A stretch of 64,000 nucleotides of DNA from Antedon mediterranea (Eukaryota > Animalia > Echinodermata), in the NCBI RefSeq assembly GCF_964355755.1, contig NC_092671.1:34172304-34236303 (forward strand), written 5' to 3'. Position numbers and translations under genes: made by a program. Position 1 is the first letter of the stretch; every line of letters starts with the position of its first letter. Below the pieces are notes generated by a model that was not told the origin of the DNA, did no database searches, and saw nothing but the letters and a program-made list of their open reading frames with translations. Below are positions 12,764 through 27,800 of this stretch, in pieces.

Positions 12764-13849
12764 TAATGAACCGTTCCTATTAAATTATTGCCTGTAAACG
12801 GTTCGTTTGAATGACCGACAACCTTTTTAAGCAACTTCAGGGCTGTTGGTGCAAAATAAGTTTATAATGGAACCTTTTGCTTGATATGCAGATGTCCTAA
12901 ACATTAGACCACTGGGGCTTTCATGGTATTCAAAATTGCACTGATAATAAAATGTATTACTTATAAAATACTTACCCAGATTCCAAACTTGATTAGTTAA
13001 ACTAGAATTCGCTTACCGACCAATTTACCTACACTGAAAGAGACTTGCCTTTATTGTCGTTATATGAAGTCAATTTGATTGTTAAGTTTATTTGAATTAT
13101 AATTTATAAAGATTTCGATAAAGCAATTATTGCTACGTTTCGACTATTTTCATGTCAATATCTTTGGTCACGCAAATGACTCTATTAAAATCCTCGTTAT
13201 TATGTTCTTTACTTATGACAATTCTTCTTATGCCCCAATAGATTTGGCACTCCTTATACAATAATTGTTTTTAATAGCTGAAACCCTGTTGAACAACTTG
13301 AGTAGTACATAATCATAATGTTGAAGACAGGCCGATTTTCTTTAAATAAAATAATATTTTGATGAATTTAAATAAACTTTATTACTGTGAGTGTGGATAG
13401 GCCCTACTGTTAGATATATATACACAGAATATACAAATAAACTTTATTACTGGCAGTTGTTTCTCAACGCTTGTATTTATTTATAATTACAAACATTGGA
13501 ACAAATTTTGGACATGGAAAAGTCACAAAGTGTGATGTCAACTTCTTCTAATTTTATACCCCTTTTCGATATCCCGTCTGGGGAAAATAGTTTCGTGGCT
13601 TCTTCAATAATGTTGTTACCGTCTGCATCCTTTGACACCGTCATTTTTCGGGTTCCTCCACCCTTCACACTTGTATCCCTTGATGGAGCCATCCAACTTC
13701 AATAATGCGATTTGATTTCATTGCAAATGTATAATTACCATGCATGGATTTACTCTTTTTTTGTGATGTTAAAGGGGGATTGTGGGTTTAAAATTGCTTT
13801 TAAGTATCGTTTATTTATTAAATAAAAAATATTATAACAATATAGACAT

Positions 13850-14870
13850 GTCAGAATGAAGAAGTAATAACGAGAAATTAAAAAAATTCAATTTCATATA
13901 CATTTTTGGGTAAAATGTTAATGTTACTTCAAATTATACAACTGCAAACAATTCTATTCCACTTTTACCGATGTAGCATATAAAGCGTGCATACCAAAAG
14001 CACAAGATAAATGGGAAAACCAACTTCAAAATTGTTTTATTGACTGGAATCTATGTTGGAAAAACAAAGTTAAGAGTATGTTGCACATAAAAAGAGTGGC
14101 TTTCTTTAATTTTAAGTTGCTACATTAAAAAAAACCAACTAGGTGTAAGCTAAAATTATGGAATTTGTCAAACAGTAATTATTGTGAATATTGTAATGAG
14201 GATGTTGAAAATGAAAAGCATATGTTATTTACATGCAAAGAAGTAAAACATTGCTGGGTAAAATGTTGCGCTATGCTGAAAACATGTTTTGCATTTACTC
14301 AGGAAGTTACATGGGAGAAAATTGTACTTGGAAAATATGATGTCAAAATTAATTAAATATTTTCCATTTTAACTTTCTGTGTTTATAAAAGTAAAGTCAA
14401 ACATAGACTAGGACTTGTTAAAAAATGTCCATGGTTAATGTTCACTGCGGAGTTAGAAGGTATAATCAATTGTGAGTTTTTAATAAATAAAGAAAAGGCA
14501 ACAAAAATGTGGTCAGATATGGACCGTAACAATTTAGCAAGGTATAACATTAACGTTTATAAAATTAATATTTATGTAAAGTAAAATATAACTCTTTTTT
14601 TTGCCTGAAAGAGATAAAAAGAGTTATAAAATAAAGAATTCTGTGGTAAATTATACGTACATTGTTAAGGATTGAAAAACGTTTAAAGAGTGTATACATA
14701 GAGGATTTTTTTTTCTTCTTTCCTTATACTATCATATATAAAATGCAATGTTAGGAGTGAGATATCAGATGTACTGACAGTTATTTAATGTCAATTATAT
14801 TGTATTGTATCATTACATTACTCATGTGCAATGCATTGTAAACAAACATTTTATTGATGAAGAAATAAAA
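13850..14870 (+). pseudogene. 3' fragment of an L1/Tx1-like LINE (zinc-knuckle region)
   Basis: FNFKLLH...CEYCNEDVENEKHMLFTC..VK.CW is the CxxC...H...C motif of LINE ORF2 C-termini. Confidence 0.65.
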
Positions 14871-15188
14871 GTGGGTAGATCCTACATAAGACAAAAAAAA
14901 CATTTTAGGGTAAATTAGGGAAGCTCATTAATATTCACGAGATATTCACAAACACGTCATCAGTGGATTCCAAACTCGCGACGTCATGTACGTTGTGTTT
15001 GTCAACTAATTTACATCTGCCAAACGACGACCACCCGATCATTGTGAAATACATTTTTTGTAGATTTTCTAAGCTAGGCCTAAAGTGTAATAATAACAGT
15101 AGTCTTAGCATATATTTATTTGACATTTAATGAAATACAAAATTTAGTACAGATTAAGACCGGCGTGAAGTTGGTTACTTATTCCTTA

Positions 15189-15225
15189 CTAGAGGGTGAG
15201 CTCGCTTCGCTCGCTCCCCTCTAGG
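15189..15225 (-). mobile_element. Helitron-like 3' terminus (hairpin + CTAG); body extends rightwards, other end not located
   Basis: ctagagggtgagctcgcttcgctcgctcccctctag has the same CGCTTCGCTCG hairpin as 3723. Confidence 0.6.
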
Positions 15226-16299
15226 AAGTGTAGACGATGGTTCTCGGAATGATAATGACTCGGGTAAAAAGTTTTAGGACATTCTGGCCTGGACGATTTC
15301 GATCGGTTACCATTATTTAAATGCTTTTGATATTCGTAAAACTAAACCTACTCACTAACCTGTTTCACAGTGTCTTAGATGATTAATAGCGTCTTACGTA
15401 TAGTGTGGGAAGGGGGAGTGGCGATAATTATTTTAATTGATGTTTTATTGTGGAGGTGTTCCGGGCGCTTATTCAAATAAATACCATCCTAATTGGTATA
15501 ATTAATACATTATTCCGCGACACAGTGAGCCGTTTTGGCCTAAGAAGGAAGACGTTTTAGACGGCTTGCAATATGGGCAGTAGTATCCCAGGGTCCTGAC
15601 GGGACACAGATAGCGCATAGTATACATAAAGTCCTGGCAGCTTATCTATCGGGGTTTCATTCCATTTCAAACAAAAGCTCTTATCATCAATTCTCTCGAT
15701 GTAATTTTATATAATTATTTCCCACAATTTACTCCTATGTTTTATGATTATATTTAATTTGATCTTTATGTACTACAGTATTATAATTTCACACGCGCAG
15801 TCCGAAAAAAAAAAAAAATCAAACGGCCAAGGTTACAACTCCCTGGTTGAAACCAACCATGCAGGGAACTTGCTAGGTGATTGACACACCTTACCTTACC
15901 GTGAACCCGGAAATTACTTACCGCGCGTCGAGTTAAAATTTACCGATTGAAATAAGAACATTTCTTATAAAACCCTTTATAATATCTTCCTAAGATAGAA
16001 ATATGGAACAATAGTGTCGATGTGAAAACTAATGTTATCAAATCTTCGTCTCCCGGTACATCTGAGATAGATAAGGTAGGTATCCATGGCGGAGATTTGT
16101 ACCGAAGTTTTTGCATTGTGCTCGCCTATGTCAGAATTAACCATAATTTATATATAGATTCGATATTCAATTTTTTTTGTGAAGTTGGATCCTTATTCGA
16201 CATTCACATTCACATGTATGGGGCGCAATATGTGTAATATTTTAATTAAATGAGTTTATACTTACGGCTAAGACTAACTAGGGCTATGATTTATAGGGC

Positions 16300-19220
16300 T
16301 ATGACTTCGTTATAAACGTCATGGACCGGGATGACGATACATGGGTCGGGGCGAGTAGGGTCCAATCATTTCATAAAATACCACTTGTCCCGGTCGCGAT
16401 TTTTTTTTTCGTACATAAGTTGGGGACCCCATCATGAAACGTCACAAAATAAACATGAATAATTTATCAGTTACATTTTCTTGTTCCGTGTGCACCCAAG
16501 CGTATAGCAACAAGAAGTGATTACACAAGTGCGGTACGATTCTAGGCCTATCTCCGCTGTGGTTGCCGCGTGCGATTTCATAATAGAATAGCGGAGTTTT
16601 GTGTGGATTGTCGAAATAATCAGCCTTTAGTTTATGGTGTTTTTAATATAGTTTATTACTAAAGAATTACGTGTTAAAATTATAGTTTCTATTGATACTA
16701 TTAGGCCTAATTACTAGTCTCTAATCTAAACCCCTGTATATTCTAGTAGTAGCTGTGTGGGTGTGTGTGACTTGTGTCTTTGGGCTATGTCCAATTACTA
16801 CTTAGTTTAATGTTTTGCCTAGCTGTCGATTAGCCTCGACACATTTTGCATAGTGGACGTGTGTGTGAAGAAGAGTGCGCGAAGGCAATCACGTGAATTG
16901 ACCTAGAATCCTAGGCCTATTATTGTAGAAAGAATCGTATCGCAGTTGTTGTTCCGTGTGCACCCAAGCGTTCTTGGACATAGCCCAAAGAAAGCTTAGA
17001 CCCGCAAGAATAAAATTCTGCTATCAATTATCAAACAATATGCAATGTACTCAAAGGAACTTTAAAAATGCGCGTATATGAACACATGAGATGGGAAGAT
17101 TTGACCCACGAGAATAAAAAATGTATTTTTGTGTAATGTTTATTGTTTAATTTTGCTGACTTATTACTCGGATTGTGTCATACCAAAGATAGTGTAACTA
17201 TTACCAAAGATAGTGTAACTATCTTTGGTCATACCTAACACACACACACGTCACACACATCCACACAGCTACTACTAGAATAGACATGGGTTTAGAGACT
17301 AATAATTAGGCCTAATAGTATTAATAGAAACTATAATTTTAACACGTAATTCTTTAGTAATAAATTTTATTAAAAACACCATAAACTAAAGGCCGATTAT
17401 TTCGACAATCCACACAAAACGCCGCTATTCTTCAACAGCGGAGATAGGCCTAGAATCGTACCGCACTTGTGTAATCACTTCTTGTTGCTATACGTTTGGG
17501 TGCACACGGAACAAGAAAATTTAACTGATGAATTATTCATGTTTATTTTGTGACGTTTCATGAGGGGGTCCCCAACTTATGTACGAAAAAAAAAATCGCG
17601 TCCCGGTCCATGCCGTCTAGCTCTCATTTTACGCCATTTTAAAACGTTACTACAATTTAACGTTTTTTAAAATAAAAAATGCAAATAACAAGATGATATA
17701 TAGGTCTATAATTACGTTATAAACGGCATGGACCGGGATGACGATAAATGGGTTGGGGCGAGTAGGGTCCAGTCATTACAGAAACATACAACTTGCCCCG
17801 GTCCCTGCCGTCTAGCTGTCATTTTACGCCATTTTAAAACGTTACTACAATTTAACGTTTTTTTTTATAAAAAAATGCGATATAACCGAATGATTTATAG
17901 GGCTATAATTACGTTATAAACGGCATGGACCGGGATGACGATACATGGGTTGGAGCTAGTAGGGTCCAGTCGTTTCAGAAAAATACCACTTGCCCCGGTC
18001 CATGCCGTCTAGCTGTCATTTTACGCCATTTTAAAACGTTACTACAATTTAACGTTTTTTAAAATAAAAAATACAATATAACAGGATGATATATAAGACA
18101 ATAATTACGTTATAAACGGCATGGACCGGGATGACGATACATGGGTTGGGGCTAGTATGGTCCAGTCATTATATAAAAGTACCACTTGCCTCGGTCCATG
18201 CCGTCTAGCTGCCATTTCACGCCATTTTAAAACGTTACTACAATTTAACGTTTTTATTAAAAATGCAATATAACCGGATGATATATAGGGCTATAATTAC
18301 GTTATAAACGGCATGGAACGGGATGACAATACCTGGATTGGGGCGAGTAGGGTCCAGTCATTTCAGAAAAATACCACTTGTCCCGGTCTATGCCGTCTAG
18401 CTGTCATTTTACGCCATTTTAAAACGTTACTACAATTTAACGTTTTTTTAAAATAAAAAATGCAATATAACCGCTTGATTTATAGGGCTATAATTACGTT
18501 ATAAACGGCATGGACCGGGATGACGATACATGGGTTGGGGCTAGAAGGGTCCAGTCATTTCAGAAAAATACTACTTGCCCCAGTCCATGCCGTCTAGCTG
18601 CCATTTTACGCCATTTTAAAACGGTACTACAATTTAAGTTTTTTTTTTTAAATGCAATATAACCGATTGATTTATAGGGATATAATCAGGTTATAAACGA
18701 CATGGACCGGGATAACGATACATGGGTTGGGGCGAGTAGGGTCCAGTCATTTCAGAAAAATACCTCTTGCACCGGTCCATGCCGTCTAGCTGTCATTTTA
18801 CGCCACTTTAAAACGTTACTAAAATTTTACGTTTTTTAAAATAAAAAATTCAATATAACCGGATGATATATAGGGCTATAATTACATTATAAACGGCATG
18901 GACCGGGATGACGATACATGGGTTGGTGCTAGTAGGGTCCAGATGTTTCAGAAAAATACCACTTGCCCCCCGGTCCATGCCGTCTAGCTGCCATTTTACG
19001 CAATTTTAAAACGTTACTACAATTTAACGTTTGTTAAAATAAAAAAGGCAATATAACCGGATGATATATAGGCCTATAATTACGTTATAAACGGCATGGA
19101 CCGGGATGACGATACATGGGTTGGGGCGAGTAGGGTCCAGTCATTTCAGAAAAATACCTCTTGCCCCGGTACATGCGGTCTAGCTGTCATTTTACGACAT
19201 TTTAAAACGTTACTACAATG
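16300..19220. repeat. ~195-bp satellite, ~9 units, first unit split by a foldback element
   Basis: atggaccgggatgac-like unit marker at 16321, 17728, 17926, 18121, 18313, 18510, 18702, 18898, 19096. Confidence 0.95.
16393..17602. mobile_element. Foldback/MITE with long imperfect TIRs, copy 1
   Basis: Ends cgcgatttttttttcgtacataagttggggaccc / gggtccccaacttatgtacgaaaaaaaaaatcgcg; cccgg is duplicated on both flanks relative to intact satellite units. Confidence 0.85.
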
Positions 19221-19231
19221 TAAGTACAATG

Positions 19232-20290
19232 TATGTGTTTTTGGTCACGTGCTTAATTTGAAACAGTTCGGTATTAGGAAAGGCGTTTCGACTTCTAATT
19301 ATTTAATTACCATGCTTGACTCTATTTCTAAAGATGTTGATGGTAAAAGCTGTTACGTCAATGTTTGTACTATAGATTTTGCCAAAACGTTCGATCCACA
19401 CTGTTTTAATTAATAAGATGATTTCCATTGGTGTTAGACCGTCAATCATACCCATTGTCTGCAATTTCCTTTCTAATAGAGTTATTAATTCCAAAATTGG
19501 CACTAATATACCATCTACACATCCTCATTAATAATGATTGTGAGGGAAACTGCAGGCGATGAAAATATGTTAACGACCTTACCATTGGTGAAATTGTTAA
19601 AAAGGGTGGTAATCCTCTATGCAATGTATGCTTAATGAGATTGAACTCTGGTGCACTAATAATCAGATCATTCCAAAACCATCGAAATGTCATTAGTATA
19701 GTGTTTATACCACATATAATAGGCCGTTTTAGAGTATGCTTCATGCTGTGTTTGGCATACCTCTTTAACATTTAAACATGTTAAGCATATTGAGTTAATT
19801 CAGAAAAGAGTGTTACGTCTCATTCTCGGTTCAGACTATACCCATTACGATATTACTCTTGGGTCTGTAGGTCACTTCGCTTAAGGCGAGAAGAGATGTT
19901 TCTTACCTTTGGGAAGAAACTTCTTTTATCTGATATCGGCAGTTTGTTACTACCTAAACGTGAGTGTTTGAGATGCCTTAGAAAAACTTTGATGATCCTT
20001 TTGTCGTACTGAGAGACACTGAAAGTCAGCTATTCCAGCCCTAATCAGACTCCTTAATGATCCGCCTTAATCTTCTTTTTTATTTTATATTTTTTGATGT
20101 CCTTTACTCAGTTTAATATGAATGTCGTTTCCTATTTTTATATTTAATTTTCTATACATTTAATACATTTTTTTTACATATATGATATTTTCTTATAAAT
20201 TTAAACTTTTTTCATGTAAAATTTTACTGTTTCAGCCTTTTGGCTATTTGTATCATTGATCGTCTGTTTTTGGACAATAAATATACCTGA
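19232..20290 (+). pseudogene. LINE RT fragment, copy B
   Basis: QFGIRKGVSTSNYL...TIDFAKTFD; inverted counterpart of 11820-12763. Confidence 0.75.
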
Positions 20291-20887
20291 ATTATCATGG
20301 CTATTCTGTAACGATGGGTGAAGTTTCTAAAGAGGCTTTACAAATTTGATTAGTCCGTAAAAAGAACTAATCAAATGCACCTTTAGACATAATTTACAGA
20401 ATAGATTAAGCTCAGCGGTTTTGTGGCTTTAGAGAATTTGTATTTATTATAGCATGGTAACTTAACCAATTTTACTGTTTTCACGAGTGGAATCAAACTT
20501 CCGGAAAAAATACGTAGCATTTAGTTATTAATATTTATATTGCTGTAAAGATTATTAAACTTTCAACAAATTTGACATTTCCAGAAAAATATCGGATAAG
20601 TATCAGCGAAGTTGTGACCAATATAATGTGAACAATCAGTGTTTTTGGTGTAGCACAAAATAATTTGCAATGCCGGGTTCGAATCTCGGTTGAAGCGACT
20701 TTTTCTTATTTTCACAGATTTCAGCACTATTCCCTCAATTGTTCGCACGCGCACCAGAGATAAAATAAATAATACTGTCAAATTATTGAAACAGTGTTCA
20801 TATTCGGACCAATGTCTCATAATCGTGTCGAGCATAGCTCATCGGCAAAAGTTCCGTATTTTTAGTTGTAAAAAAATGTTGAAAGCA

Positions 20888-20959
20888 ATTCTCTTGCGGG
20901 AGTCGAACCTGCGACCTCTCGCTTACAGGGCGAATATCATACCACTAGACCACAGAGCC
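20888..20959 (-). tRNA. tRNA-derived pseudogene/SINE head, copy B
   Basis: Inverted counterpart of 11126-11197; acceptor stem broken. Confidence 0.55.
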
Positions 20960-21052
20960 ATATATGGTATTATCACAGATTTTCACCGATTTTCACCCAC
21001 CATATACGTTCTCTCATACAACAAACACCCTCACAATATATATACTCTCACT

Positions 21053-21092
21053 TGCACTGATGAAGGGCTAGTGTTACCCGAAAGCTCTGATA
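21053..21092 (+). ncRNA. Minimal type-I hammerhead ribozyme motif, copy B
   Basis: tgcaCTGATGAagggctagtgttacccGAAAgctctg, identical to copy A. Confidence 0.6.
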
Positions 21093-21599
21093 ATTTTCTG
21101 GCTGTTTTACTTTATCGTTTTGATCTACAGTAGCATTTTGATTATTTTATTTTGTATCTCCATTGAGATCCAGTCACCGATACCCACATCATTTTCATTA
21201 TTTTCAGCCTTTATTATTTCTAAATGACAATTCGATCGTACTTACAATTCATATACTGCTAAAAGTTTTTTTTTATGCAATACCAGTGAAGCATGTTGGT
21301 AGGCATACCATGACGTCAAAGCGTGTTATAACTACCATTCTCTTCCAACAAAAGTCTGTTGGTAGAGTTTGCATTATAATTAAAATCATAAGTTGCACAC
21401 AATGATATCTATTTGATCAACGTTGACAAATTGTATCCATGTAAAATAGCTTGAAGCACTTACTTAATGGTATCATAATAACACGATATTTATTATTAAT
21501 ATTATTAGGGCTAGTTTTTGTTTGACATGTAAAAAACAAGATATAATTAAATGGTCATGAATCCTCGATAACAAATATGTTTTTGTATATAGAAGTAAC

Positions 21600-21783
21600 A
21601 TGATAACATCTCTATTGTTTGCAATGTGTCTAGTGACGTTACGCATAGGATTCGTTTACGGTAAGTATTGACTTCAAGACATGGCCTTAATATAATTATG
21701 CGTTTTTAGAAGAAAAAAAATATAAATACGGTGAAATATAATCATGTATCATACGAAATTACTATCAAACTTCACTATAATTT

Positions 21784-21831
<48 letters not shown>

Positions 21832-24800
21832 TACAGTGTACAATTAACAGGTTACCTTCCCAATATAACTCTGTTACGGTAGGCATAAAGGTACGGTTAG
21901 CTCCCTCTAATTTCCATCATTCTTACAACAAATATTATTTAATGAATAATAATAAACTATTCTTCTTCTATTAATATTGTAATAATATATTATTTTCTGG
22001 AAGTAAAGTTTGCATGACAGTGTTTTCAGAAATAAGGTTTGTTGTTACAGAAGGATGCTTTACATTATAGAGGGAGCTTTTGTTTTTACCTAACAAATTA
22101 GATATTAACTATAGATATCATTTGTAGTTTGTGTTACGCTGTCTGACGGATGCACAGAGTCTGTATTCGTGTTTTATTTATTAGAATGTACGCATGGTAT
22201 TAAGTTATTGTTTTTGTATTATTTAGGTTATTGTATTCGATGTAACGTTATTATCTTACAGGACGTGATATTGTCTTCGTAGGTGGTTATCAAGACACCA
22301 TTTATTATTCAAACATAAGTCTGACTAACACAACTTTAAACTTTGTGGCCGCATTGCCACAGACAGTTTCACCAACACCAATCGGTATCACAGCTCTTGA
22401 TTATAATCCTGACACCTTAACGTTATACTGGTCTTCTTATACTAATGATACCATTGAATGGTATTCATTTGCCAATAATCAGCACACAGTTTTGGTTTCT
22501 ACTGAAGTTACGGGTAAGAACAAGACTTTATTCTGTTTATGTTCAATTAATAATTCTCAATTAGAATGTACTAATGACAGCCGTGAAGAAGAACTTTTCC
22601 AAAAATTAAAATATACGTTAGGCCTATATGTAACCCAGTGCAAAATCTGAAATGACAGGGAACCATAACATAAGGAACCCTCTTGAAGAAGACATAAATA
22701 ACCTAAACCCAAAGTTGTCAAATAAGACCAGCCCCACATTCCATTCCCCTGATTCACACAGATAAAACCAAGACATACAAAGTGTAACACTGCTCTAACC
22801 TTAACAACCTGTTTTTTTTAAGTTTCTGGCCCATACGACTAATTATTAGAAGCCTTGTTACGATGATCCATCTTTATATTAATTTAGGATCAAGAACATA
22901 GTGTTATGTTCGCCGAATTGGCTGAACGACTCATAGGGGTACTGTATTATGTACACTTTTATTTGTAGAACTTTTGTTTCACTCTTGATCTAGTATTAGT
23001 GGGGAACCTAATGTTCCAAAAATCAGTTCCGTGAGATTTTAATGCTCAAGTTAAGTTCTTGGCAGTTTTGGAATAATTGGGACCAGCAGAATTCATTGCA
23101 ACTGGGGGCCAATTTTTTCCAACCCTATTTTGGCCGCCATCTTGGATTTCAAAATGGCCCCCATTTTTTACTCAAAACTGATAGTAGCTCCTATTTTAAA
23201 CCACGTACGAACGTAATTTGTGTGATAAATCTTACAATGTTATGATAAATCAGTCCAATGGTACAATTTATAATAATAGCATATGGCAGCCATATTGAAT
23301 TCCAAGATGGCCGCCATTAAAAACGTATATAATGTATGCATTTTATAGTCAGGGTCCTCGTGTATTTCCGTAGGATTTTAATGCCCAAAATGAGATTTCA
23401 CTTCTTTAATATGGTGGTAGGATACCAAAAATGCTAGGTAACCAATTTTCACGATCCCGTAACCATGGTAACAGCCCCAAGTTCAAAATGGCGCCCAATT
23501 GGCCCTATCTCCGTATCAAAATACTCGGAGCGTATATATTTATATTCACTGTAATGGAACATTTTGACGAAATGTAATAGGAAATGCTATTTTTCTGCAC
23601 TATTGACCTTTGACCTTGACTTGCATTGTATCTATAAAACGGCTGGTCATTGAAATTTAAAAATGGTCTCAAATTGCTGAGACCATACATATTTATATTT
23701 ATTGTAATGCAACATTTTGTTAGAAAATGACCGGAAGTAAAGTTATTGACCTTTGACCTAATAAATATGAACTTGATGTATATAATAATCGGCAATTATT
23801 TGAGAATGTATCGGTAATTATCTGTGGTAGGTATTAAACAATGGGTTTATACATATTATTATCATTTGAATATCTAATTTCTAATTCACATACTTAATCA
23901 ATCAATACCATGCATTATTGTGTCACCATCCTCGTCCCATTCTTTCCATTAAGACAGTCAAAGGAGTGAGAGTGGTTGATTCTTAAACTTTGTACCTTTC
24001 CATTTTATTTCCTAATGCTTGTTTTTCTTGAAACAATTTCATATATATAGGTTTTTCATACGTTCGTTCTCCTAACGGGGTTTTATTTCCACAATATTTA
24101 GGCCTCTGGCCCTTATATCTTACATACAAATCATACAATAATATTTTCTGGTTGGGTTGCAAAATATATTTTCTATTTTCGTAAGCTAAATAAACAAAAT
24201 TTGCTAAATCTTGGACTACTCTAGTGTTGCACATTAAAAAATAAAACTTATTTAAACAAGGGAACGTGTGATAAAAATTAGGAATATATAAGTTTCTGAT
24301 GAGTTCGGAATAATATGGACAGACTAACATAAAATGAAATTCGTCTTCAATAGAATTCATATTGCATAATTTACATAAACGGTTTTGAAGTGGGATTTTG
24401 TTCCATCTTCCCTTTTCTATTTCCAAATCTAACACTCCTAAACGAAATTTTGTGAATATATTTTTACGTTTCCAATCTTTTAAGTGTAACAAATGATAAC
24501 TTATTTCAATTTTCGTTTTAAAATACTTAAAATATTTTAGTTTTGAATGTAAAGAAAATTGTTCAAAATATTTTTTTTTTTCTAAATCAATCAGTCGTAA
24601 TTTAAATTCTTTAATAAATAATTTCTTGTCTTATCTTCAATCATTTGATTGTACCAAACATAACCAAAGCCGGTTGAACAAAGTAAATGTTTTACCTGAC
24701 TAGCCCAGCAATATTCATTTCTGTTTCTGTTTTCTTAACTGAAAACTGTAACATTTAAAAATAAATCTATTTTTATCCATGTCTCAATAATATGCAACCA

Positions 24801-27800
24801 AAAACGAATAATTGAAATTAAACAATCGACATGCAAGGAAACTCTGCCTAATTCTGTAGTTACGGCTGCGCTAGGGGCACTTTTTCCAATGTTCAAAATA
24901 AACCTCGCAAAACGCGTGTGGAAATTATTAATAATTATTTGGTTAGAAAACCCCCATATTTCACTGCCGTAAATTAAAATTGGTAATATTTTTGTGTCAA
25001 AAATATAATTCCATGTATTTTCTGGTAAATATTTCATATTTCGACTAATAAAAGATTTAACGGAAAATAATGCGTTGTTTGCTTTTTGACAATTATATTC
25101 AAGTGCTTTGTTCCACTGGCCATTTGAACTAAATACCACTCCTAAATAATTATAAGTCGTAACAACCTCCATTTGAATATTCCTGTAATACCATTTTTCA
25201 AAATATTTTAGTTTCCCACCCTTTTTAAATATCATTATTTTTAATTTATTTATGTTTACACTGAGACCCCATGTGTCACAAAAATGTTCGAGTTTATTTA
25301 TTAAAATTTGTAAGCCCCTTACCGTATCTCCAAATAATACTAAGTCATCAGCGTATAATAAATGATTGATAAAGCTGTCTTCAACTTGTATTTTGTCGCT
25401 ATCTCTACTCTGATTTAGATCATAACTTAAATCATTCATAAATATGTTGAAAAGTAAAGAGGATAAAGGTGAACCTTGTTGTATTCCAATAGAACAGTCA
25501 AATGGAAATGTCACTTTGTTACCAATTTTTACATGTGCAGACAAATTGTTATACATAGACTGAATTATATTGTACATATTACCATTTACACCTATTCGTT
25601 TTAATTTAAGCAAAAGAAAACTATGATTTATACTATCGAAGGCACGCTTGAGATCAATGAAACAGCAGAATACCCTACCTCGTTTTTTACTTAAATATTT
25701 TGCAATGATACTATTTAAAATAAAAATATTGTCGAATGTGCGAAAACCCTTACGAAAACCTGCTTGCTCTTGATAAATAATGTTGTTATTTTCAGTGAAG
25801 TGGTCTAATCTTGATTTAAGGATGTGTAACAACATTTTGCCAAGTATCGGAATAAGAGCAATGCCTCTGTAATTTTCTGGCTTATTCTTTTTGCCCTTTT
25901 TGTAAATAGGAATTATCATGCTCGTCGCCCATTGTGTTGGGAATTGGCCCAACTGAAAAATTGAATTAAAAATAAGTTTTAGATTATCAAATAATAAATT
26001 GGGTGCATTTAAGATATATTCTAAAAACATAACATCCATACCAGGAGATTTTCCTGATTTCTGCATTTTCAATGCTTGTTTGATTTCACCCAAGTCAATT
26101 TCTGAATTGAGGTTATCGTTTTCGTTAACAATGTTATGTACTATTTTGTCTGTAACTTTGTTAACTGGCTCGGGGGGTTCAAACAGTGATTGGAAATGAT
26201 CTCGCCATTCGTTAATTGTTATTTCAGAAGTTATTGTTTGTTTATGAGTTTTTAATTTTGACCAAAATTGTTTTGAGCTCCTATTACTGGCTGCTATTAA
26301 AATTTCGTCACGTTTTTGTTTTTGATGGTTATATTTCGTTTGTCTTATTGTTTTTTTGTATTCCTTTTTAAATTTGATATAATTATTAAATGAATTCTGT
26401 TGATCGTTATTTCTTAAAGCTAAAGCTTTATTCAATTCTTTTTTTAAATCTTTTTTTAAAGTAAGGCATTCGCGATCAAACCAGTTATTTTTTTTCTTAA
26501 CATTTTGAATAGTGGTATTAGCGGTAAAATGTGTAAATACTTTAGATATTCCCCTACAAGTGTATTCAAAAGTTTTTTGAAGACATGTTACAGCCTCGTC
26601 GATTTTGCTTTGAATTATTGCGCTCATGAAACTGTTGTCTAACTTCTCGACTGTTTCATGTTCCCAACGTGCCCTAAATGTGTCTTTATAGTTTTCTTTC
26701 CATTGATATTTATTTAGCGTTTTAAAATTATCATTTTCATTACTATTATAATAAAGATTATTAAATTCAGTATTTTCAATTTTAATTTCAAAGTTGACCG
26801 GCATGTGATCAGACTCCACACGTTTGTCTATCAACAAGGAAATATTGTTGAATTCTTCGTACGGCGCAAGTAAATAGTCACAAACGCTATTTCCCTGATG
26901 ACCGACAAACGTGTAACCATTTGTTTTGTTTTTATTTATTCTTCCATTCGTTATACGCATGCCGGTTTCTTTGCAAAAATCAAGAATCTCGATACCATAT
27001 TTATGTTGTCATTGATATTTAAATCATTCCGTTCAGCGAGATTATTATCATTGTGAATATAATCTTTCTCTGTCCCTGTTCTGCCATTTAGGTCACCTGC
27101 TATAAAGATTGGGCAATCATATTTAGCATTGAATTTAACAAGCTCGTTAGAAAGAATATCATAAAAATTCTCGATTGCATATGTGGATCCCATTGGTGGC
27201 CTATATACAAATGCAATAATGATATTTGTTGAATGATTAATTAATAATTTTAACCAGATTATGTTTTTCGATAAACTTGGTAATTCCTTAATGGGAATGT
27301 TATTTTTGAAGTATACAAACATACCTCCTGTGTTTCTACCTAAATTTGATTTTTTTTCTGGGATCTTCCAAATGCAATCATATCCATTAATATTATAACA
27401 TTGCTCATATTTTGCCCATGTTTCACTTAAACTAAAAATATCAAAGTTACGTACATAATCTATAAATTGCGAGTCTTTAAATGTGTCTTGAATACCATTG
27501 ATATTTCATGCGAGACATTTTACCTGCTTGAAGTAATTGTTTTGTTTTCCCTGATTAATTGCATGAACAATATTGTTTTTAGGGCCTTGACCTAATTCTC
27601 ATTTTCCTTTGTTCAGTTTGGCATATACTTCATGTTCCTCATCGTATGTGTATATGTCACCATCTATATATGCTTTATCAAAACTTAGTTTGCATAGTTT
27701 CCCTGATTGTTTTTCTTTTTTAATTAGTTCTATCAATTTCTTTCTTATGTTCCGTACTCTGTATGTGAAGTCTTCACTAACACTGATTATGTCTCGTCTG

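Noticed and set aside
13477-13692. 71-aa ORF in the duplication spacer
   Set aside because: Possibly a relic exon, but no partner exons or recognisable domain were found.
17728-19220. Regular array resembling a CRISPR or repeated small genes (MDRDDD ORFs)
   Set aside because: Whole ~195-bp units repeat with no unique spacers; eukaryotic context and no cas genes.
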